Notes under the pieces: model-generated
Told to the model about the DNA's origin: nothing
The model's input: only the letters and a program-made list of their open reading frames with translations
The model's database searches: none
Made by a program: the position numbers and the translations under genes
Shown: positions 17,817 to 26,532 of the stretch, piece by piece
Position numbering within the stretch: position 1 is the stretch's first letter
Layout: each line of letters opens with the position of its first letter
Assembly (NCBI GenBank): GCA_033762295.1
Contig: JANRLW010000080.1
Span: 1 to 34,399 of the forward strand
DNA length: 34,399 nt
Source: Capsulimonadales bacterium
GTDB lineage: Bacteria; Armatimonadota; Armatimonadia; Armatimonadales; Armatimonadaceae
Reading direction: 5' to 3'

Positions 17817-20000
17817 TTATCGCACCGTCGTCGTCTTGAGATAGGAGTCCATATCCTGAACGTGCCAGCGTTCGTTGGGCGTATCATTGTCATGCCAGAC
17901 GACCCGCGTCTTGACGGAGACGCCGACGGCAGGTCCGATTACCTGGCAATCGATCGCATTGTTGTTGAAGTCGTTCCGATTGAGGAACGGAATGTAATCG
18001 GCGACATTGGCGAACGCGAACCGCTGATCGAAGAGCGCCGGGTCCGCGGTCAGGTCCTGTCCCCGCCGATCGAGATTGACCTGAATGGGCGAGAGTCGAA
18101 CGACTTCACCGCCCTCTTTGGTGTACTGTAGGGTCACCGTGACCGACTTGTTGAAATCGGCGTACGGAAAGCGTAACTGGGCGGCGGTCAGGCGCGACCC
18201 GCTGAACGCCTTGTTCAGGACGAACGTCCCGAATGCGCCGGGCCGAATCAACGGTCCCTGGACCTGGTTGTAACGGGCATACGCCTTGCTCAGAGCGATC
18301 CCCCAGTCGCCGACGCCCTTGTAGAGCATCCGGATCTTGGTCCCCGGCTGAAGATAGGCCGTATTGGCGTAAATGACGCCGGTTTCGTAGGAGCTGTCCT
18401 TTCGGACGGACGCGCCGGGGCGGTTCCGAACGTCGCGCAGCATATAGTAGGCGGCGTTCCGGGTCGCCACGGTCAGGTTACCGCCCTGCGAGTAGGCGGA
18501 GGAGGCGACCAGGGGCGAACCGAGCGGCAGGTTGGTCGCCGGATTCGCCGGGTTAGGCAGGGCGTCGAGCGCGTAGACCTGAAAATCCTTCGGGTTGCTG
18601 TCGGTGTTGGGACCGGGCACGCTTCCGTAGATACCGGGATAGAACGTATTGTCGCTCTCCGGGTCGCCGACGCGCTTGATGCTACGCAGAGTCGTTCGCA
18701 CCGGGATCAGGGTCACGGGCGCACCGCCGCCTTCCACCTGCGCGGTGACCGGCAATACCGAGGGCACTTCCCGGTCGTCACGAATGATATGCCAGTCAAG
18801 CGTCTGGTAATCGACATATGCGGTGAACGGCTGAGCGCTATTGCCGGTCGACGAGTCGTAACTGGCGCCCGACGGATTGAAGGCGAGCACGCCGATGTTA
18901 GCGTTTCGCTGGGTCGATCCGGTGTTCGCGGGCAACAGGTTCGGCGAAAGCAGTTTGTACTGGTAGGGGTCGGTCGGATCGAACGTCGCGTTGCTGGCAA
19001 TGCGCAGGAAGTTCCGAGTCACGACCTCGGTACCGGGAACGATCGGGCCGGGGGTGGCTCCGCCGATACGGATCGGATACGCCGCCGGAGTGCCGGTGGC
19101 GGCGACATCCGGGACGACGATCGGGTCGGCGTCGGCGGTAACGATCTGGCTGCCGTTGTCGTAGGTCACCGTAATATTGAAGATCCGGTTGGGATTCGCA
19201 CGTCCGGCGACCTGTCGCGGCGGGAAAAAGATCTGCGGCGTACCACTCTGGGTGCCGTAATCGATCAGGTAGGATTGTTCATCGGGAATCAGGCCGAGCA
19301 GACCGAACAGGTAGTCGGCGCTGGCGCCGGCCGGGACCACGACCGGGCGACCGCTGAGCGGCGCGCCGTAGACCCTGAGGAAGGTGTTGAAGGTCGGCAG
19401 GGTCGCGGCGTTCGGGAAGCTCAGAGGGTTTCCGACCAGGTTACTGGAAAAGAACGGCCCGAACTTGATCGTGTACAGAGACCCGGAGCCGTACGCGGTC
19501 GGCGTCGGCAGCGGAATCTTGACCGCTTCGCCCTTGATGAACCGGAACTTGTTGATATCGGCCATATCGTTGCCGTTACGTGGCAGAGTCCGGTCCTCGG
19601 AGCACGGATTGGTCGCCGACTGATAGCAAAAGTCGAGGTTATCCGGGCTGATGTCGGTGAAGGTCTTGAGGATCGTCTGTCCGGCCAGGGTCGGGTTGAC
19701 ATCCTGGTAGGCGAACAGCACTCCTTCGGGCATGTAGGCGGCATCGCCTTTGACCATGCCCATCATATTCTCGGCCAGCTGCGTCGCCACCGTCCGGTTA
19801 CCGTTGGATCGAAGAACGCCGAAGCCGACGGGGAAGACGCGAATCGCCAGGAACAGGCCGATCAGGACGATGACCAGGACGACCATCACCTCGATCAGGG
19901 ACGCTCCGTCCTGTCCGCGGCGCGTTCGCCTCGTTCCCTGCGTTTCCATCGTTTCGTTGAATCTCATCCCGTAGGTCTTTTTCATGGCTGTCGCCGTCAT
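17817..20000 (-). CDS. Giant PilV/GspI-class minor pilin, 727 aa
   Basis: RRTRRGQDG|ASLIEVMVVLVIVLIGLFLAIRVFP with Glu at +5; NRTVATQLAENMM helix and C-terminal VSVKTRVVW strand typical of PilV-like pilins. Confidence 0.85.
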   Translation of the reverse strand: MTATAMKKTYGMRFNETMETQGTRRTRRGQDGASLIEVMVVLVIVLIGLFLAIRVFPVGFGVLRSNGNRTVATQLAENMMGMVKGDAAYMPEGVLFAYQDVNPTLAGQTILKTFTDISPDNLDFCYQSATNPCSEDRTLPRNGNDMADINKFRFIKGEAVKIPLPTPTAYGSGSLYTIKFGPFFSSNLVGNPLSFPNAATLPTFNTFLRVYGAPLSGRPVVVPAGASADYLFGLLGLIPDEQSYLIDYGTQSGTPQIFFPPRQVAGRANPNRIFNITVTYDNGSQIVTADADPIVVPDVAATGTPAAYPIRIGGATPGPIVPGTEVVTRNFLRIASNATFDPTDPYQYKLLSPNLLPANTGSTQRNANIGVLAFNPSGASYDSSTGNSAQPFTAYVDYQTLDWHIIRDDREVPSVLPVTAQVEGGGAPVTLIPVRTTLRSIKRVGDPESDNTFYPGIYGSVPGPNTDSNPKDFQVYALDALPNPANPATNLPLGSPLVASSAYSQGGNLTVATRNAAYYMLRDVRNRPGASVRKDSSYETGVIYANTAYLQPGTKIRMLYKGVGDWGIALSKAYARYNQVQGPLIRPGAFGTFVLNKAFSGSRLTAAQLRFPYADFNKSVTVTLQYTKEGGEVVRLSPIQVNLDRRGQDLTADPALFDQRFAFANVADYIPFLNRNDFNNNAIDCQVIGPAVGVSVKTRVVWHDNDTPNERWHVQDMDSYLKTTTVR

Positions 20001-20024
20001 CCTGCTCTTTTTCGCGTTTCAGAA

Positions 20025-20059
20025 CGAAGGTCTGCGCGAAAGAACGGCGCAGACCTTCG
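20025..20059 (-). terminator. Strong stem-loop after the first pilin gene; possible leaky terminator or stabiliser
   Basis: Perfect 13-bp stem CGAAGGTCTGCGC-N9-GCGCAGACCTTCG, followed on the minus strand only by TTCT (weak U-tract). Confidence 0.5.
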
Positions 20060-20179
20060 GACAAGGGTTCTCAATTCATCTGCCTGATCCGCTCGCTCCG
20101 TTGCGCGCCGGATTTCGGTCTTTTGTTCGACGCCTTCAGGCAAGGGATTGTTCCGACGACCCCGGTCCTTCAGGGCAGG

Positions 20180-21145
20180 TCAGTCATAGTTTGTCGGAGT
20201 CATTCTATACACATCATAGTCCCGACCGCTGGTTCCCTGGAAGAGCGTCTTGTCGAGCTTCCGGTTGTCCAGGACCTTCGGCGTGCCGTTGAGCCAGGTG
20301 ACGACGATCTTGCTCTTATCGGTATGATAGGTGCACATCGTCAGGAAGGTGTCGGAGCCGGGGTTACGGAACAGCAACTGGTTCTGGTACGCGGTACGCT
20401 GTTCGGGCGTCAGTGTATCCAGCTGATCACGATTCAGCAGGGGCTGCCAGACACGGGAGTATCGCGCCTGACCGAGCGTGGTGCTGTACCGTCGATCGCC
20501 ACCGGTCCCGGTAATCGCGCCGTTGGCATCGTAGGAGTCGAACTTATAGAACCCGAGGTTCAGCGAGAGGACGGTATTCGGGTCGTTCGGGTCCTGCAGG
20601 AGCCGACCGGCGACATAGATATCGGTGGATTTCGCGCTGCGAACCGGGTTGTTCGGACAGCTGTAGACGCCCAGATCGTTGATATAGGTCGGGAAGAGCG
20701 ACCGGGCATAGACATCCTGGACGTTGCGAACGCGCTGCTTCTCGGCGTCGGACATCGCGTCGGTGATGGTGGCGCGCAGATCGCCGGCAATCTGTTCGGG
20801 AGTGAGCAGGTTACCGGCCGCGCTGGCGAGCGTCCCGTCGGCGTTCAGAGCGGGGCCGAAAAGATACTCCGGATATTCGCGGTTATCGAGCTGGTACTGA
20901 CGGACGGCGACATACAGCTTTCGCATATTGTCCATGCAGTTCGCGCGGCGAACGTTTTCCTGAACGCCCGCGAAGGCCGGGAAGATAATGGCCGCCAGTA
21001 TCGCTATTATCGCGATGACCACGAGCAGTTCGATCAGCGTAAACCCCGACCGGGTCCCCTTCGGGAGGCGGGAGGCCGCTCCGGCATCGGAACCGGCCGC
21101 GGGACGGGCGGACGACACGGCCCTTTTCTCACGCAACGATTTCAT
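20180..21145 (-). CDS. Prepilin-type N-methylation protein (major pilin/GspG/DUF1559-like), about 321 aa
   Basis: KGTRSG|FTLIELLVVIAIIAILAAIIFPAF, then RRANCMDNMRKLYVAVRQY..D..EYP, YSCP and C-terminal CTYH-X11-NG. ATG 21145 has GAGGAG 10 nt upstream. Confidence 0.9.
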   Translation of the reverse strand: MKSLREKRAVSSARPAAGSDAGAASRLPKGTRSGFTLIELLVVIAIIAILAAIIFPAFAGVQENVRRANCMDNMRKLYVAVRQYQLDNREYPEYLFGPALNADGTLASAAGNLLTPEQIAGDLRATITDAMSDAEKQRVRNVQDVYARSLFPTYINDLGVYSCPNNPVRSAKSTDIYVAGRLLQDPNDPNTVLSLNLGFYKFDSYDANGAITGTGGDRRYSTTLGQARYSRVWQPLLNRDQLDTLTPEQRTAYQNQLLFRNPGSDTFLTMCTYHTDKSKIVVTWLNGTPKVLDNRKLDKTLFQGTSGRDYDVYRMTPTNYD

Positions 21146-21233
21146 AAAAGCGAGACTCCTCATCGGGACCGGGGGCAGCACGGTGACGGGAACGAAGTCC
21201 CTGCCGACGCGCGCCGATCCAAGAAACTATGCC

Positions 21234-21262
21234 AGGGTAGGTTACCTGAGATTCAACGTCAA
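21234..21262 (-). promoter_or_regulatory. Sigma70-type promoter of the pilin operon
   Basis: Minus strand TTGACG-17 nt-TACCCT in the AT-richer spacer, about 90 nt upstream of ATG 21145. Confidence 0.55.
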
Positions 21263-21270
21263 CTTGATTA

Positions 21271-21285
21271 TTGCCAGGAAGGCAA
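21271..21285. promoter_or_regulatory. Candidate regulator-binding palindrome
   Basis: TTGCC-AGGAA-GGCAA, 8 nt upstream of the -35 box, with AT-rich flanks. Confidence 0.3.
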
Positions 21286-21433
21286 ATTAAACGAGAAGGA
21301 ATTCACCGAAGAACTCCGATCCCCATTAAAACCGACGACCCACCAACACCTGATGTTCCTTGTTCGTCTCTTCAGTCCTTTATTCCTTTTTCATACACGA
21401 ATTTTTCGTCGGGACAATCGATAGTGGGTGGCA

Positions 21434-22189
21434 TTATCCTCTCATATCGAAGCCGCCATCGACGGTAATGGTCGAACCGGTGATAAACGCGGCCAGCGGC
21501 GAGAGAAGGAAACAGGCGGCGGCGGCCGGGTCCTCCGGCTGCCCGATGCGTCCGAGCGGTATCGAGGCGATGATACCGTCCCGTCCCTCGGCGTCCATAG
21601 CGTCCCGACTCATATCGGTTTCGGTCCAGCCGGGCGCGACGCAGTTGACCCGGATCCGGTCCGGCGCGAGCTCGCGGGCCATCGATCGCATAAAAAGGAT
21701 CTGTGCGCCCTTGGAGGTGGCGTAGGCGGAGAAGACGGAGGAACCGCGCTGTCCGGCGGTCGAGGTATAGATGACGATACTGCCGCCGCCGTGGCGGCGC
21801 AGGTGCGGTACGGCGGCGCGGACCGCCAGAAAGGTGCCGTTCAGGTTGATGCGCATCGTGCGATCCCAGAAGGCCAGGCTCATCTCCTCGATCGGCATCC
21901 CTTCGAAGATACCGGCAGAGATGACGAGTCCGGTGAGAGGTCCGAGCCGGTCCGTCGCCGCGCCGATGGCACGTTCGGCCGCTCCCTCCTCCGAGATATC
22001 CGCCTGAACCGCGACCGCTCGCCCGCCGCCCGCTTCTATCCGGGCAACGGTCTCCTCGGCGGCGGCGCGATCCCGAACATAGTTGACCGAAACCGCCGCG
22101 CCCGCGCCCGCCGCCATCAGCGCGTTCGTTCGACCGATACCGCGACTTCCGCCGGCAATCAGGATATGCTGGCCGGAAAGGTCTATCAT
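21434..22189 (-). CDS. SDR family NAD(P)-dependent oxidoreductase (FabG-like)
   Basis: AGGSRGIG nucleotide-binding motif, YATSK catalytic motif, IRVNCVAPG, ITGSTITVDGG; GGAGGA RBS. Confidence 0.9.
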   Translation of the reverse strand: MIDLSGQHILIAGGSRGIGRTNALMAAGAGAAVSVNYVRDRAAAEETVARIEAGGGRAVAVQADISEEGAAERAIGAATDRLGPLTGLVISAGIFEGMPIEEMSLAFWDRTMRINLNGTFLAVRAAVPHLRRHGGGSIVIYTSTAGQRGSSVFSAYATSKGAQILFMRSMARELAPDRIRVNCVAPGWTETDMSRDAMDAEGRDGIIASIPLGRIGQPEDPAAAACFLLSPLAAFITGSTITVDGGFDMRG

Positions 22190-22266
22190 AGGCCACGTTC
22201 CTCCGGAAAATGGGTCCGCATAGTTACGGAACTATTTCCTCTCCGGAGGCCCGGTGTCCTTCCCGA

Positions 22267-22683
22267 CTACTTGCCGGTCGGATCGTGCAGATAGTGCTCG
22301 GCAAGAATCAGGGCGGCGTAGTCGTCGTACGGGCAGGGCGGGGTGCAGAGGCTTTTCGGCAGCAGTTTTTTCAGTCCGTGCCGGGGATGCTCGTCCCAGT
22401 ACCGCCGGCGGGCCTCCTCGGAAGTAAAGTCCTCCCGGACCAGACCGATACTGACATCCTCGGGCAACACCTGCCGGAGTCGGCGCAGGATGGCTTTGCC
22501 CTGGGTGGCATTCCCGACAATCACACTGCGCAGACCAAACTCGGCGACCAGTTTTTCCGCGCAGGTTACCACGTCCTCCGTGGTAACGACTTCATGATGT
22601 AAGGCGACGGTACTTCCCTCGTTGCGGCGGACGACGGCCAATCCGCACTTCAGAGTTCCCGGATCGATGGCTAAAACTTTCAT
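22267..22683 (-). CDS. yqgF: YqgF/RuvX family RNase H-like nuclease, about 138 aa
   Basis: MKVLAIDPGTLKCGLAVV, VIVGN, VREDFTSEEARRRY, DDYAALILAEHY. Start set at ATG 22683. Confidence 0.8.
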   Translation of the reverse strand: MKVLAIDPGTLKCGLAVVRRNEGSTVALHHEVVTTEDVVTCAEKLVAEFGLRSVIVGNATQGKAILRRLRQVLPEDVSIGLVREDFTSEEARRRYWDEHPRHGLKKLLPKSLCTPPCPYDDYAALILAEHYLHDPTGK

Positions 22684-22815
22684 AAACGAAATCCCGAATC
22701 GACGCTTTCCGAACGGTTGCCAGGATGACGAACTCCCTTTTCCCTTTTCACCGGAAATAACCTGTCTCGAATGAACTTTTTTGGCACGCACCATCATCCT
22801 GCGGGCGACGCCCCT

Positions 22816-24486
22816 TCAGGGCCACCGGTCCATTGCGGTTTGGAGGGGCGGGCTCGGTCGTCCCTTCACTTCAAACCGCAGGGAGACCGGGTCTCCCGCT
22901 CGCAACGTCTTCCCGGCATAAGCGATCACCCGGGCACGCGATCCGGAGCGTCGAACTTCATCCATGAGTTCCAGCCACTCCTCACCGCTCAACGTAAACT
23001 CCTCCAGACGCGGCATATCGGTCCCCTCCGCGCCGCTGTCGCCTCCCTTGACGGTCGGGATCATCCCCGCGTCGACCAGGCGTCGATGAACATCTCGATT
23101 CAAAAAGTTGAAAAGGGCGTCGGCGACTTCCTGCCGCCCCCCCTCGCCGTTCACCACGATCTCCGCCAGTTTTGCGTCCCTTTCGAGAACGATCGGGTTT
23201 CGATAGATTTCCAGGCGCACCGCCACCGGTTCTCCCGCCACGGCGTTGCTCTGCGCCAGGGCCACGACGACGACATCCTCATTGGCCTTTCGAATGCTGG
23301 CCGCCGCCGCCGACAGGGCGTCCTCCTCGGAAACCATCCGCATTTCGGTGTCGCGTATTCCCGCAGGAGCAGTATTCGTGCCAACCACCGGGACCGGCGG
23401 GATCAGGACCGCCCGTTCCTCGCGTCCCCGACTGGCGCCCCGGTTCTCGGCCTTTTTCGCGGCTTTCGTCAGAAACGAATACAGGATCGCCTGGATACGC
23501 CAGACATTGTACCCCGGTCGGATGGCCAGCCGATCCACCTCCTCGCCGACCTGGTAGGTGATCTGCCGTCCTCGCAGGGCCTGGGTGCTGGCGGCGACCC
23601 GGCCGTACTCGATCCGCTTCTCCTCCAGTTCACGCGTCAGGCGATCGAACTCTTTCTGCTGGGCGTCGGTTTCGGTCCGGAGAGTGGCGTAGAGGGCTTT
23701 CTGCTCCTGAAGCTGCGTGCGGATTTCGGTGAGCTGGGTTTCGACGTTTCTCCGCTGTCGGTCGGCATCCCGAACCAGCCGGACCGCGGTGCGGCGAGCG
23801 CTGTCGGCTTCCTTCAGTGCCTCTCGTTGTCGCTCCTCGGCGGCGGTGACCCGTAATTCGGCGGCGGTGACCCGGGCCTCGGCGGCGAGCCGTCGCGATT
23901 CGACATTTCGAACCGCCCGTTCGGCCCGCTTCACCTGCCGGGTCTTCTCCAGGAGGCGGGACTGGATTTCGGCGAGCGACCCTTTCGCCAGAGTCACCTC
24001 GTTCCGGGCGTTCCGCAACCGGGCATCCGCTTCACGAAACCGGGTCTGGGCCTGCCGTGCGTCCCGCTCGGCGGCGGCGAGGCGGTTCTGCGCGTCGTTC
24101 CGGGCCGCTTCGGCGAGACGCCGTTCGTAGTTCAGCCGATCGGCCTCGATCCGGATCGCATTTTCCTGAAGGCGCATCTTCCGGATCGCTTCCGCCTTCC
24201 GACCGTTCTCCGCTTCGAGCCGGATGTTGTTCCGGTACAGGGCCTCGCCCTCGCGAACGACGATCCGGAAAGATTCGCTGGACAACCAGAAGACCCCGAA
24301 GGAGACGGCGACAATCAGCACGCCGGAGCCGACGGTAAACAGGGTCGCCGTATGCCGGGGCCGCAAGCCCAGGAGCGTATGGCGTCGTTTACCCGTCCGA
24401 TGGCCGATCCGGTCGCCCGCCCAGGCGATGAATCCGGCCAGCGGAAAGAGCAGAACCACAAAAAGCAAGGTAACGTTGGTAAACAT
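22816..24486 (-). CDS. DUF3084 domain membrane-anchored coiled-coil protein
   Basis: N-terminal GFIAWAGDRIGHRTGKRRHTLLGLRPRHTA signature between two hydrophobic helices, a long A/E/R-rich coiled coil, then a globular C-terminus. Confidence 0.85.
   Translation of the reverse strand: MFTNVTLLFVVLLFPLAGFIAWAGDRIGHRTGKRRHTLLGLRPRHTATLFTVGSGVLIVAVSFGVFWLSSESFRIVVREGEALYRNNIRLEAENGRKAEAIRKMRLQENAIRIEADRLNYERRLAEAARNDAQNRLAAAERDARQAQTRFREADARLRNARNEVTLAKGSLAEIQSRLLEKTRQVKRAERAVRNVESRRLAAEARVTAAELRVTAAEERQREALKEADSARRTAVRLVRDADRQRRNVETQLTEIRTQLQEQKALYATLRTETDAQQKEFDRLTRELEEKRIEYGRVAASTQALRGRQITYQVGEEVDRLAIRPGYNVWRIQAILYSFLTKAAKKAENRGASRGREERAVLIPPVPVVGTNTAPAGIRDTEMRMVSEEDALSAAAASIRKANEDVVVVALAQSNAVAGEPVAVRLEIYRNPIVLERDAKLAEIVVNGEGGRQEVADALFNFLNRDVHRRLVDAGMIPTVKGGDSGAEGTDMPRLEEFTLSGEEWLELMDEVRRSGSRARVIAYAGKTLRAGDPVSLRFEVKGRPSPPLQTAMDRWP
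23837..23887. repeat. 21-bp-period tandem repeat within the DUF3084 coiled coil
   Basis: TCGGCGGCGGTGACCCG at 23837 and 23858, partial copy at 23879; encodes AAEARVT-AAELRVT-AAEE. Confidence 0.7.
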
Positions 24487-24691
24487 CTGGGGTCCATCCG
24501 TTGCCTTTCCGGCTCATCTTGACTTCCGCGGCTTCGAACCTTCCTCTGATATCTTCGCTATACGGATACGTGACTTCGGAAATTGCCACCGGTTCCTTAT
24601 TGTACAGCGGGTGAACGCATTTTTCGCTCCAAGCGGAATATTACCATGAACGGCGGCCATGGCCGTCCGCCGTCCGTAAAGGTTTTGGCCG

Positions 24692-25807
24692 TCACCGCAG
24701 AACGCGCCGGATCAGGTACAGCCCGACCCCCGCGCAGAGAAGATTGGGAATGGCAAGGGCCACATCGGCGGGCAACGCGCCGCCGCGCGCCATGATCGAG
24801 GTGGTCTGCAATCCGACCCAGTATGCGAACGTAATGACGACCGACCAGCCGAACCCGGCTCCCTTGGGTCCTCGCTGCCGACTGACGCCGAGCGGGGTTC
24901 CGATCATGGCGAAGCAGAACGATGCGAACGGCAGGGCGTTACGGCGGGCGATCTCCACCTCATACTCGCGCGCCTTCGGAAGATTTTTTCCGTCCCGAAG
25001 AAGCCGGGCGCGTCGGGCCAGTTCGCGGGTTTCGATATCCTCGGCCCTGCCCTCCAGCAGCGCGGACAGCTGTTCCGGCGTATCGAGCGGAACCTTCTTC
25101 TCGCGCGTCTCCAAGGAATTGCCCTCGAAGATGCCGGGGGTGTTCCCCTCGAAGTAAACGGATCTCCAGTTTTCCAGCGTCCACTCCTTGGTATTGGTGA
25201 TCCACCGGGCGCGCGGCGCGTAAAAGACGGTCGTGACCCGTCCCTCCTTCCAGAGTTCGACCGAGACGTTCGTCATCTCGCCGTTGATCAGGTTGGCGCC
25301 CCCCTCGACATGCACCAGGGTATGCAGGGAGCCATCCGCGTTGCGCAGGGGCGCGGTCAATTGTCCGACGGAGAAGAGGCCGTTTCCGCCGCCCCGCTTC
25401 ACGTCTTCGATGATCCGGTTTCGGCCCTGGCTGGATGCCGGAACGACGCTGTTGGAGAACCAGAGTCCGGCCAGAGCGACCACCAGCGCGAAAACGGCCA
25501 CCGGAACGACGATTCGCTCGAAACGAACGCCGGCCGCCGTCAGGGCGACGATTTCGGAGTTTCCGGACAGGCGTTCGAATCCCATCAGGGACGCGAGCAG
25601 CATCGCCATCGGGAAGGTCAGGTTGAGCATCCCCGGTATCGTCAGCAGGAAGAGCCGCCCGACCAGCATCAACGACTCTCCGTTTTGCAGATATTCGGCA
25701 AGGCGCAACAGTTCGCCGCCCGCCAGAACCAGACTGGTAAAGAGCAGGGTACTGCCGAAAAATAGCGGGACGACCTCGCCCAGAACCAGGCGGTCCATCC
25801 GGGTCAC
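24692..25807 (-). CDS. LptF/LptG family LPS export ABC permease
   Basis: MTRMDRLVLGEVVPLF, FPMAMLLASLMGFERLSGNSEIVALTAAGV, ALPFASFCFAMIGTPLG, ALAIPNLL; GTG start overlaps the lptB stop by 4 nt. Confidence 0.9.
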   Translation of the reverse strand: MTRMDRLVLGEVVPLFFGSTLLFTSLVLAGGELLRLAEYLQNGESLMLVGRLFLLTIPGMLNLTFPMAMLLASLMGFERLSGNSEIVALTAAGVRFERIVVPVAVFALVVALAGLWFSNSVVPASSQGRNRIIEDVKRGGGNGLFSVGQLTAPLRNADGSLHTLVHVEGGANLINGEMTNVSVELWKEGRVTTVFYAPRARWITNTKEWTLENWRSVYFEGNTPGIFEGNSLETREKKVPLDTPEQLSALLEGRAEDIETRELARRARLLRDGKNLPKAREYEVEIARRNALPFASFCFAMIGTPLGVSRQRGPKGAGFGWSVVITFAYWVGLQTTSIMARGGALPADVALAIPNLLCAGVGLYLIRRVLR

Positions 25808-26532
25808 AGCGTGAAATCCTCCGTCAGGTAGTACTCACGGGCGACCGGATCGCTGGCGATCTCCTCCGACGTCCCCTCGGTCATGACCCTGCCGTCGGCG
25901 ATGATATAAGCGCGGTCGGTCAGGCGCAGCGTCGTCCGCTCATCATGGTCGGTGATCAGGATACCGATCCCCTTCTCGCAGAGGCGGCGAATGATATCGC
26001 TGATCTCCTTGCGGACCTTCGGATCGATTCCGGCGAAGGGTTCGTCGAGCAGGAGGAAGGCCGGGTCGGCGGCGAGGGCGCGAGCGATTTCGACCCGTCG
26101 TCGTTCTCCTCCCGACAGAGAATAACCGGGCGAATCGGCCTTGTGCGTGATCGTAAACTCCTCCAGCAGTTCGTCGGCGCGTTTCCGCCGTTCCCGCGCC
26201 GGATACCCGACCTGTTCCAGCACGAGCAGGATATTTTCACGCGCCGACAGCTTCCGGAAAACGCTGGCTTCCTGCGCCAGATAGCCGATCCCTCGTCGGG
26301 CGCGGGCGTACATCGGCAACCGGGTAATATCGTTCCCCTCCAGCAGCACGCGTCCCCGGTTCGGCTGCACCAGGCCGACAATCATATAAAAGGTGGTGGT
26401 TTTCCCGGCTCCGTTCTTTCCGAGCAGGCCGACGATCTCCCCCTGCGATATGGACAGGCTGATGCCGTCGACGACCGCCCGCCCCCGGTAGACCTTCACC
26501 AGTTCCTTCGCTTCGATCGTTTTATTCAACAT
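25804..26532 (-). CDS. lptB: LPS export ABC transporter ATP-binding protein
   Basis: GLLGKNGAGKTTTFYMIVGL, YLAQEASVFRKLS, LSGGERRRVEIARAL, LLLDEPFAGIDP, LITDH. Confidence 0.95.
   Translation of the reverse strand: MLNKTIEAKELVKVYRGRAVVDGISLSISQGEIVGLLGKNGAGKTTTFYMIVGLVQPNRGRVLLEGNDITRLPMYARARRGIGYLAQEASVFRKLSARENILLVLEQVGYPARERRKRADELLEEFTITHKADSPGYSLSGGERRRVEIARALAADPAFLLLDEPFAGIDPKVRKEISDIIRRLCEKGIGILITDHDERTTLRLTDRAYIIADGRVMTEGTSEEIASDPVAREYYLTEDFTL

Noticed and set aside
21215..21280. Sigma54 promoter from TGGCA motifs upstream of the pilin
   Set aside because: Neither TGGCA has GC at the GG-N10-GC spacing.
213..21424. Long + strand ORFs (e.g. 8533-10875 780 aa, 13583-15412 609 aa, 11047-12360, 18789-20087, 20123-21424, 2277-3206, 4314-5459, 5463-6581)
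   Set aside because: Antisense shadows of the real minus-strand genes; R/G/V/D-rich, no motifs, expected with strong GC3 bias.
24590..24650. Internal promoter for DUF3084 (TACAAT or TGGTAATAT on the minus strand)
   Set aside because: Plausible -10 boxes but no matching -35 and two competing candidates; not enough to call.
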